Shown: piece by piece, positions 1 to 9,329 of the stretch
Layout: every line of letters starts with the position of its first letter
Position numbering within the stretch: the first letter of the stretch is position 1
Source: Chromera velia
Taxonomy: Eukaryota
Assembly: GCA_018398765.1 (NCBI GenBank)
Contig: JAHBMJ010000196.1
Location: 1-54,071 of the forward strand
Length of the DNA stretch: 54,071 nt
Direction: 5' to 3'
The notes under the pieces: generated by a model
What the model was told of the DNA's origin: nothing
The model's input: the letters and a program-made list of their open reading frames with translations, nothing else
Database searches by the model: none
Position numbers and translations under genes: made by a program

Positions 1-320
1 ACCGGAAAATCAAATGTCGTGTGGGGCGTCTCCTTCCACGTGCCTCCCTCTTCCATCACATCAACACCGCCCTCTTCCATCAACTCATCTCCATCCATCC
101 CGCCAAAATCGAATTCTCCATCAACTGCCTGTCCAGACACAACGCCTGCCTCCGTCTCAAAGCCAGGGGACACATTCCCCCATCTGGCTCTCACAGTGTT
201 CTCACCCGCCAGGCCATCGTGCGGTGAGCCACGCAACCGTATACTGTCACCTCGGCCGTTCAAAATATCATGCGGCTCAAATCCTGCCTGTCTCGTGGCG
301 ACAGCGCTCGGAACATTCAT
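1..320 (-). CDS. Possible 5' part of a gene running off the left edge (MNVPSAVATRQAGFEPHDILNG...DGEFDFGGMDGDELMEEGGVDVMEEGG...)
   Basis: Minus-strand frame is open from ATG 320 to the window edge and encodes an acidic Gly/Asp/Glu-rich peptide. GCATGC/CGCGCG motifs lie upstream at 520-590. No family recognised. Confidence 0.3.
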   Translation of the reverse strand, partial: MNVPSAVATRQAGFEPHDILNGRGDSIRLRGSPHDGLAGENTVRARWGNVSPGFETEAGVVSGQAVDGEFDFGGMDGDELMEEGGVDVMEEGGTWKETPHTTFDFP

Positions 321-811
321 ACGAGAGCCTTGGATGCTGTTCCCAAACCCCCGCCCTTCTGACTGCAGTCGCCCTCCTGCTACCACGTTGGAGAGTGGCA
401 GTTAGTTGGCTAGCATAACGGAGCTCATAGGTCGTAAGTTCAAGTTCTGTCATGCAAGGTTCGTACTTCTCTCTAAAGCAATGCTCTATTGCTTTCAGAC
501 TGACTGACCTGCATAGACTTGCATTGCATGTGTATTGACTCATAGACGGCGCGACGCCATGCATGCGGCTAGGCTCGGCATGCGCGCGGCTCATTCCATT
601 CTGACACATGGAACCACTTATTGTCACTCAGACGCTCACATCGTTACGGATCCACTTAAATGCATGTCACCTCTGTATCTTTTTGTGTCCCTCTTTCTGA
701 TGTCTGTTCTGTCTCTCTGTCATTACGTTTTGTGTGAACTCACTTCTGTGGTATTTGTTGATTGAGGTTTTTGTTATGCATGCCGCGTCCCCGTATATGA
801 GGGGCAGATCT

Positions 812-1148
812 TGTTATGAACCACCCTGGTTCATACCTAACATCTGGCTTGTGTGTGCTTGTGTGCATCGCGGGTTAGCCTCGTACCTTGCGGTGCAACC
901 AGTGCACCGCCCCTGCAGTGCCTGTCAGTCGGCCCCGGATGGCAGGCATGCGGGCCTATCGCATTCATTGGCATGCAGCGACTGATCGATTGATGTGCAT
1001 CCTCACACCCAAAGAATGTGATCGTTGTCTTTGTCTAGTGATTGTGCTTGGTACTGGACTGACATTCCTCCTGACTGATGGAGTCCAACGTATATGAATC
1101 TGTCTGCGAAGCCCACTAGTCGATCATGCACCAACATGGTTCTTATCA
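812..1148 (+). repeat. 5' LTR of the non-autonomous element
   Basis: TGTTATGAACCA...TGGTTCTTATCA, an imperfect terminal inverted repeat. About 9 substitutions versus the 3' copy by manual comparison. Confidence 0.95.
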
Positions 1149-1157
1149 TGGTAGCAG
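1149..1157 (+). promoter_or_regulatory. Primer-binding site, probably for initiator tRNA-Met
   Basis: TGGTAGCAG follows the LTR-terminal CA directly and is complementary to the ...CUGCUACCA 3' end typical of eukaryotic tRNAi-Met. Confidence 0.75.
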
Positions 1158-1394
1158 TCCTGGTTATGTGGGCATGACAGAAGGACTCCATAGGAGGTAA
1201 CCTGATTGAGCAGTCAGAGTTGTGTGCCCGATTTACAGTGCAGCTGAGCCGCGTCCTGAAGGCCCGCTGTTTCTCATCGGTGCATCTTCCATTGCTTCGC
1301 TCTCGGGCACTTTCTTTTTATCTCTTGGGCACTCGGCCATTTTAATTTGATCCTCTGACTTTTTCCCGTCTCCTTTGAAATTTCCCTCAAGAAA

Positions 1395-2954
1395 ATGACT
1401 TCCGTTCTTCCTCACGTTCTGGCGTCTGTAGGAAATCTACAGCAGGCCTGTGCGTTGGTCCTGCTCTCTCCGGTGACCGTGTGTGAGGGGACGTTCTTGG
1501 ACCTCCTCCGTGCGGCCGAAGAATTTTTGAACGTCTTGCAGAAGACTTCCTTTGTGGCCCGCTCCGGTGTTAAGACAAAGACAAAACCAAAAAAGACCCG
1601 CCGGGGAAAACGGCGTTCCCGTGCCCCATCCTCTTCCACCATTGAAGACGTCTGTGCTGCAGAAGCAGTTGGGAATGTGAAGGGCAAGACTGCAGATGCA
1701 GATGGGGGTGATAAAGATGAGACTACCCTTCCCCCCTACGTTAATCCTCTGTGTTTGACATCCGCCCCCCCACACAGACTCCAGTATCCAGCTCCTGCCC
1801 AAGTTGGTGCAGAATCTCCTTCCACCGTCGTTGAGGTTGAGGTGATGCCCTCTCTTCCTTCTGTTAAACTTTCTTCCTCTGACGCTGCGTGTGAGCAGCC
1901 CCCAGCAACCGAGAACGGAGGTAGCCGTGGCTCTGCCCCTACCCCATCTCTCAGCCCTGTACGTTCCCCTGTCCGGTGTGACAGCGTGGCAGGGCAGCCA
2001 TCTCCTATGCGCCGGGAGGCGACTGAGGTGAAAGAAGAGGTGCCCTCACGCATAAAGGAGCATCCTGTCTTCCTCCCCTCCCAGCAGAGTACCCCTCTTC
2101 CCCTCTCAGGAGAATCGAAGAAAAAGAAAAAGAAGGCGCATCCTAGTGCGCGTCGTCGTGCACGTAGTCGAACATGCGTGCCAGAAGAAATCCAGCCAGA
2201 GGCAAGCATCTCTGCCTCCTCTTCCAGCCCCGATGCAAGTCACCCAAATGCAAGGGCCCCATCCGATCCTTCGCCATGCAAAGACGTCCCTCGTTGTATC
2301 CGATCTGATGACCAGCCTGAAACCGTCTCCCCTGTTGCAGTTGATGAAGATGGAGAGGGACTTCACTGTTCCACCGTCTCTGCTGCACCCGCAACCGCTT
2401 GTCAATCCAAATTGCAAGCTTCTCCCAGTCCTTCCAATCCAAATGACCAGGTGGACCCACCAGTGCCACTAGCACAGTCATCTGCAACCATGACTGAGAG
2501 TGCGTTTGTCTCCCCGTCTCCGACCGCTCAGGTGAGAGACGAGAGCCGTGCCCCCTTCCCAGCTACCCAACAGATTATGCCTGAGCCTACCAGTAGCACA
2601 GCGTTGCCTCCCTCTTCTCTTACCACGTGCATTCCAAAATGGCAGAAGAAAGCAGAAAAGCAACAAGCTTGCAAGGCGCAGAAGAAAGGGGGTGTAGACA
2701 AACTACACTGGTGGCAATTCCGAAGTGACCCCACCGGTTGTGCCACCCCTGCATCTCCGACAGAGGATGTTCCCAAGCAACATGAAGAAACAACAGAGAC
2801 CCCAAATGCCCCTCTACCTCAACCTGGGGGTCCCCCAATCCAAGAGTCAGACGACCAGTACTGGGGAACCTTTCGAGATTCCTGGCAGACGGCGTTGAGC
2901 CAAAGAGGGGGGAGGAGCATCAATCGAGAGGTGTTGCGGTATCTCCGTCGATAA
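1395..2954 (+). CDS. Intronless 519-aa Ser/Pro-rich protein of unknown function inside the LTR element
   Basis: Long stop-free ORF. Helical-looking N-terminus, basic clusters (KTKPKKTRRGKRRSR; KKKKKKAHPSARRRARSR) and Trp-rich C-terminal motifs (LHWWQFR, DQYWGTFRDSW). No CCHC, protease, RT, RNase H or integrase motifs. Confidence 0.65.
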   Translation: MTSVLPHVLASVGNLQQACALVLLSPVTVCEGTFLDLLRAAEEFLNVLQKTSFVARSGVKTKTKPKKTRRGKRRSRAPSSSTIEDVCAAEAVGNVKGKTADADGGDKDETTLPPYVNPLCLTSAPPHRLQYPAPAQVGAESPSTVVEVEVMPSLPSVKLSSSDAACEQPPATENGGSRGSAPTPSLSPVRSPVRCDSVAGQPSPMRREATEVKEEVPSRIKEHPVFLPSQQSTPLPLSGESKKKKKKAHPSARRRARSRTCVPEEIQPEASISASSSSPDASHPNARAPSDPSPCKDVPRCIRSDDQPETVSPVAVDEDGEGLHCSTVSAAPATACQSKLQASPSPSNPNDQVDPPVPLAQSSATMTESAFVSPSPTAQVRDESRAPFPATQQIMPEPTSSTALPPSSLTTCIPKWQKKAEKQQACKAQKKGGVDKLHWWQFRSDPTGCATPASPTEDVPKQHEETTETPNAPLPQPGGPPIQESDDQYWGTFRDSWQTALSQRGGRSINREVLRYLRR

Positions 2955-3598
2955 GTCAGAAGCGTGAAAACTTTTTGTCTTCTTTTGTTTGTTTTATCAT
3001 TCTGTTGACAAGCCGATTTGCTAGCCGATTTCTTTTCGTTTTTCTTTTCGAGCATCTGATTCTACGGGTCTGCCTGCGTTCAGTACATTGAGTGTAACCT
3101 TTACTGTGTGGCAGTCTGTGTCTCCAGTGCTACCCACAGTGCGGACCTCTTTTCCAATGGCATATTCCTCCTCTGTCTCTGCAATAAGCGATTTCCTCTT
3201 GTATCGGCATGCGTTTCACATGTACCCACCTTGCTTTTTGTCTGGTGTTGTTATCATGTCTTTAGAGAAAGAGAAAGAGAACACCTGGTCTAAAGTTTAA
3301 GAGAAAAGAAAGTCAGAAAAACGTCTTGCTCCTCATTTGTCCTCTGTATCTTCTTTAGAGCCTCGCCATTGTGTGACTATTTCCTTTTGCGTTTGCCCTC
3401 ATCCTTTCCTCCTATCGCTAGCCACTCCGTCTCTCCTTCTCATCGTTTGGTCTGATTACACTGCGAGAGACCTTCGCTGGTCCCCAGTCTGTTTGACTCA
3501 AGCGTTTTCCTCCATTTCCTTTCCCTTCGTTTCGGACGTTTCTTTTTCATCAGTCAATCTCTTTCGTCATTCGTATTTACAACACAGCCGTCCGTGAT

Positions 3599-3679
3599 AA
3601 AAAAAAAAAAATGAAAGAAAGAAAGAAAAAGAAAAGGGAAAAGAAAGAAAGAATTTCAAAGAAAAAGAAAAGGGATGTA
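3599..3679 (+). other. A13 tract followed by a long polypurine tract (PPT) abutting the 3' LTR
   Basis: A13 at 3599-3611, then a GAAA-rich run ending AAAGAAAAGGGATGTA just before the TG of the 3' LTR. Confidence 0.7.
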
Positions 3680-4016
3680 TGTTATGAACCACCCTGGTTC
3701 ATACCTAACATCTGGCTTGTGTGTGCTTGTGTGCGTCGCGGGTTAGCCTCGTACCTTGCGGTGTAACCAGTGCACCACCCCTGCAGTGTCTGTCAGTCGG
3801 CCCCGGATGGCAGGCATGCGGGCCTATCGCATTCATTGGCATGCAGCGACTGATCGATTGATGTGCATCCTCACACCCAAAGAATGTGATCGTTGTCTTT
3901 GTCTAGTGATTGTGCTTGGTACTGGATTGACATTTCTCCTGACTGATGGAGTCCAACGTACATGAATCTGTCCGCTAAGCCCACTAGTCGATCATGCACC
4001 AACATGGTTCTTATCA
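3680..4016 (+). repeat. 3' LTR of the non-autonomous element
   Basis: 337-bp copy of 812-1148, followed by TSD GATCT. Confidence 0.95.
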
Positions 4017-4592
4017 GATCTAGCCTAGTCTGTCAAAAAGTTCCGGTTCGTCCCGTCTGTTCTGAATCTAGGAACACTGCTCATTGATCACTTTTACTGC
4101 GGTTTATTTCTCAAGCGGCGGTAGAGTGGGACTCGGAAAACAACGAAAAGAGGGGAGAGGCAGGGCAAAAACTTTTTAAAAGTTTGTCCCCTTGACAAAG
4201 GCTACCCTTTGACGGTGGAAAACAACTTCAAAGAGACCCTCCTCATTAATTTGCCCCTTATTTTCTCAACCTTCTTTTCTTCCTTTCCTCTTATGCGCTT
4301 GCCCCCTTTTTTTTTGTATACAAAGAATCAATTACCAAAGGATCGCTTAGTTTGCGCCCTCCGAGTCGAAAAACCCGGAGAACGCTGCGACCTCCCTACC
4401 GAGAAGGCACTCAGGCTGGAAGGGCCCTCTGGGGTATTTCTTTTTCCATATATTCATGCATGCATTGCAAACTGCATGAGCGCTCTGCATACGCGCGCGG
4501 TGCTTACTGCCTGACATCGCCTTGCACTTTCTTTATCGCTCGGCGTGCGCGCATGAATTCTTTCTAGTCCCCAACAATAGTGTGTCTACTTA

Positions 4593-5014
4593 CCTTACAA
4601 AAATGAGTGAATTTACAAATGGATTTAAGTGAATTTAGATGAATTTAGTAGTTCAATTTACGTGAATTTAAGCCGTGAATTTAGATGAATTTAGGTGAAT
4701 TTAAGTAAATTAATTTACAAGTGAATTTTGAGTATAAATTCACTAATGATTATAGATAGTAATAAATTTAGTTTTAAATTCATTATAAAATGAATTTAAG
4801 TGAATTTACATTAATTAATTTCTATGTAAAAAGCTCTAAATTCATTTTAAAATGAATTTAGAAATCTAAATTCACAGTGAATTTAACCTCAAGATTCACT
4901 TATAAATTAATTTACTTAAATTCACCTAAATTCATTTAAATTCATGGCTTAAATTCACGTAAATTCATCTAAATTCACTTAAATCCATTTGTAAATTCAC
5001 TCATTTTTGCAGGG
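4593..5014. mobile_element. AT-rich foldback / MITE-like DNA element
   Basis: ~130-bp inverted arms (CCTTACAAAAATGAGTGAATTTACAAATGG... / ...CCATTTGTAAATTCACTCATTTTTGCAGGG) built of TGAATTTA sub-repeats. Flanked by direct repeat TACTTA at 4587-4592 and 5015-5020. No ORF. Confidence 0.85.
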
Positions 5015-5968
5015 TACTTAGCAACTTACATCATAAAAAAACATATAATTGTTTCAGGAATTAATTAATCACGTAGTAGTAATAGTAGTACTTATATTAA
5101 ACATTAATTCCTGGGCCGAATCCTGGATTAATTCTCAGACATAGTATAATACATTGTCAGAATACATTAATTTGAAAGATATGGGTCACCATTTTACTAA
5201 CCAGATGCTAGACCATGCAGATGCTTGCATAAAACACTCACACAATTTACAGAATCACTCATTACATGGATGTTTCAGCTTGTGTTTGCCTCTAACTGAT
5301 GTAAAAAACGGTCAAAAGATGAAGTCGTTCATCCGATGTTTAAGTGTGTTTCGTCTCCCAGACAGCTAGGCCAGTATAAGAAAGAAAAAACTTGGAAGGA
5401 TCCGGGCAAGGAACCGATTGCTTGCCTCTTTGCATGCTTGGCCTTCTCGGCCCCTTTGATTCTTTTCTCTCTCTTCTTGCAGCACATGATTTGTCTGCGC
5501 GTTGTCTGTCGCCACACTCCCTGCTGCACGGACTGGTCGTCTTTTCGAAGGGTCCAGGCGGCACCAGTCCGATTTTGTCTGACCATCGGGCTCCAAAGCC
5601 GAACATATTAACTAACTGTCCAATACTCTCTTGCGTGTGTAGGCAGGAATCAGGTGCTTCGCTTGGCTTTTCAGCAGTTGTGCACAGGCTCAAAGAGGCA
5701 AAGAAGTTGAGCAGGGAGACATCAATGCTCTCCACACGCACACCATGGAATTTTGTGTCGTTTGTCCAGGCAGAACGCTAGATCAACGCACAATGAGACA
5801 GACAGACGGACAGAAAGATGGATTCGAAGAAAGACGGAAAGCAGACAAGCAGAAAGGCAGGAGAAAAGATAGCAGGGCAAGAAGACAGAAGTTCGAACAA
5901 AAAGAGAATGCACACACGCCCACACACAAAGACCACACACCCACACTCAAATTCGGAAGACATGAAGG

Positions 5969-6123
5969 TGCACGAGGGCGCCCCATCAGGGACAATCAAG
6001 CAAGTATGTGCAAACTTTTGCCTTCAGGATCTAGAGCATTCCCTCGCGGGCAGGCCCAACAAGCAGAAGCGCACACACAAAGGACATGAAAGAAGATGCA
6101 CGAGGGCGCCCCATCAGGGACAA
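5969..6123. repeat. Two exact copies of a 27-bp sequence TGCACGAGGGCGCCCCATCAGGGACAA (5969-5995, 6097-6123)
   Basis: Direct sequence match. The upstream CACACACAAAG and GACATGAA motifs are also duplicated. Confidence 0.85.
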
Positions 6124-6538
6124 CATGAGTCATGAGTATGTTTCCTTTCCTTTCACGCAGTTTTTTGCCGTTTCCTTTTTCCCCTTTCCCTTCCCGCCTG
6201 TCTGGAAACAAACAGTCACTTGCTCATTCATTCAGACACAGCCACCCATACAACCGGACGGAGACCAAAAAATGCCCCCAGATGTACACTGATGGACAGA
6301 CACGAGTGAGCGAGTTGCCTTCTCCAACCAACTACGGGCAGCCCTTCAGTGAGTCCCCACCCTCATGACAGGAGGAGACAGAGAGAGAGAGAGAGTTCAT
6401 CGCTAGAGTTGAAGAGTGAGTTACTCTTCCGTTCTTCCCTCTTCTATTCTCTTCGCTTCTCTCTGGGAGTGAGGGAGGGAGACGAAAGAGATGTGAAGAT
6501 GAAGGGGCCGGCTCAAAAGAGAGAGGGAAGAGGGCCGA

Positions 6539-6541
<3 letters not shown>

Positions 6542-6580
<39 letters not shown>

Positions 6581-6663
6581 TCAGACAAAGAAAGAAAGAA
6601 AGAAAGAAAAGAAAGAAAGAAAGAAAAGAAAAGAAAAGAAAAGAAAAGAAAGAAAGAAAGAAA
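6542..6663. repeat. Compound (GA)n/(GAAA)n microsatellite, one of many in the window
   Basis: Simple repeat seen directly. Confidence 0.9.
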
Positions 6664-9329
6664 AGTGAATGGAAACGTAAGGTAGGGCAAAGGGGGAAGC
6701 AGAGGGGAGGGGGGGGGGAGAAAAAGAGAGACAGACAGAGCCATACAACCAACAGCGGATCGTCCAGACAGACCTCTCATGCACCCCCACCCACCCACCC
6801 ACCCTTGCAGACAGACAGAGCGGTTTGGCTCTTCTCCCTTCCCCTCCCAAAAAACAGGCAGGCAGAAAATAAAATCGATACACCTCCACCCGGACTCCTC
6901 AACGAACCACGCTGACTCTACTCATGCATACACTCACTCACTCACTCACTCAATCCCACCCCCAGTTGCCATTAATTCTGCCTCCATCAAGGCCGAGTCG
7001 GACGAACGACTTCCTTCCGTCTCATCAAAGTCAAAGACAGCATGCCAAAGAACATCAGGGCGGGTACCACGAAAACCTTAAAAGAAAGAGTCGACTGAAA
7101 GCAAAGCACGCTTGACAGCTGTCTCACGAACGTTTCGGGACAGATAAACAGACGGCGCGCCTGCAGACCGGCCAGCCAGGTTTGTTTTTTGGGTGGGTAT
7201 CCTTTGACCGACCCAGAGAGGCAGTCAGTCGAGGCAGTCGGGCGGGGAGTCAATCAGGCCTCTCTCTCTCTCTCTCTCTCAGGCAGTCTCTCTCTCCCCC
7301 TCCCATCTCAAAAGTGCCCTCCCTCCCTGCCACATACTCACTCCTGATCCTATTCCTTCCTTATCATGCCCCCTCACCCCCCCCCCTTCCGTTTGTGCTG
7401 AAGCCTTCACGGTACGCGCCTTCGCCCTCGTTTGGGTCTGTCTGCCACTTTCTCTCTCTGACCCCTCACACAGACAGACAGAAGAGAGGCATGCTGCTGC
7501 GCTCGAGATGAACGTCTGGCAATGCGCAGGCAGACAAGACATACGGCAGCAGGCCTTTTCACTGTACCACTACCTCTACCTCTGTTCGGAGAAACAAATT
7601 GGTCACATGAGACAGAGAAGGAGACAATAAAGAGGGACGAAAGAAGGAAGCATCTTCCGTCATTCCTTGTAGCCTTCCAATGTAATCACGCGTATGAAAA
7701 GGAAGAGCTCTCTCTCTCTCTTCTTCCCTGTGGGAAGCAAGACAAGGAACGCGAAATGATTCTTAAATCGCCTGTTGTGCCGTACTCATTCCCTTTGCTC
7801 TCCCTGCTGACTCCCTTCAAGCCCCTGCAGGCAGAAGCAGCTTCATGCATCACCCATCTTTCCTTCCATTCAATTCCATGTCTCCTCTCCCACAACGATC
7901 CCTCCGCAGCAAAGAAGGAAGGAGGATGGATGGTGAAGAACGACGGGCAGGACGGGCAGGAAGGATAGAAGAAGGGAGGGAGGCAGGGGAGAGGGACAGC
8001 GACGCAATGAGCCCCGAAAGGAAGAAAAATCAATGACATCATTGTGCTTCTGAAGCAAAGCAGACGTTCTCCTGCCGCTGCCTCCTGCCTACCGCTTTGG
8101 TGGACGGTCGAGTTGGCAGACACACCAGCCAGCAAGCACACAGGCAGACAAGACACGATGATGAGACGTCCCGACGGACAGACAGCTTCCTTCAAGTCCG
8201 CTTGCTTGTACGTTTGTCGTGAATTTTCTTTCTGCAGGGCCCTCACCAGGTGGCGCATGCATGGGGAGATGAAAGCTCCTGCAGGCACTAGGCGATTGTC
8301 GTGCACTGCAGGGTCCGTCCGTCCGGCCTACAAGATCATCAAAGCAAAAGATGACAGGCAGGCAGGCAGGAAGGATGGGAGGCCACGGGACGGGACCCAG
8401 ATTTCCCCCAAAGAAAAGAAGAGAAGGGGGAAGAGAGGGGAAAAGTCATTGTGAAGTTAAAGATCGCAGTTCCCCCCCTGGGGGTTTCAGACAGAGCCTG
8501 CCGACCTGTCTTCGCGCCTTCATTTTGTTTGGGGGGGCGGAATCATCTAGCCTCAGTTTCGGTCTTCTCTTCTTAGCCAAATGAATGCACGACTCACTTT
8601 CTCCATCTCTTTTCTTCTCTTCTCTTCTCTGTTTAAAAAAAACAAGGGGTCATGCATTGACCGAGCTAGAACGTTCACACGGCCTCTCTATCGGTCTGTG
8701 AGGGACGAAAAAGGTTCCGCTTGGACGGAATGCAGCTTCAAGCATAGACGAAGGGTAGGGATAGGGAGGGCATGAATATACAATAAATTTCTTCAAGGAA
8801 GCAAAGAAGGAGACATGAATGCCGCCGGAAAAGAACAGAAGAAAGTTGAAGAAGAGAAACGCCGCCCCAGCAAAGCCACTGGCGGACAGCTATACGGTAG
8901 AAACGAAGAACGCAACGAAGCATACAGAGAGATACGCACTTACCCCCTCACTGCCTCTCTGCCTTCACTCCCCCTTTCCACCCGCTCCCGCGCATCTTCC
9001 AGCAGATCATTGTTTCCAAATGAGTTCCCCTTGCTCTACCCAACCCACCCCGCCCCAGACACACACACACACACACACACACACGCTCACTTACTACTCA
9101 CACGCAGTACCGACAGACCCACGCTGTACTGCATGCATAGCATTCATTTTCTTAGCGTGAATACACCAAGACGATTTCCTGTCCTTCCCTCCTTCCTTCC
9201 CATCTCCCGACGAGGTCAGGCAGGCATGCAGGCAAGAGAGAGAGAGAGAGGGAGAGAGAGAGAAGATGAAGGAAACGGGAATGGATGAGATGAGAGCGTT
9301 GCCGTCTCCGCGCATCTCGACGAGAGAGA

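Larger units (their letters stand above)
812..4016 (+). mobile_element. Non-autonomous LTR retroelement (3205 bp) with a cargo ORF and no recognisable gag/pol
   Basis: Two 337-bp direct repeats with TG...CA termini. 5-bp TSD GATCT at 807-811 and 4017-4021. PBS TGGTAGCAG directly after the 5' LTR and a purine tract before the 3' LTR. Confidence 0.93.

Noticed and set aside
5300..9300. Many short ORFs downstream of ataxin-2
   Set aside because: Dominated by microsatellite-derived low-complexity translations; no supportable gene model.
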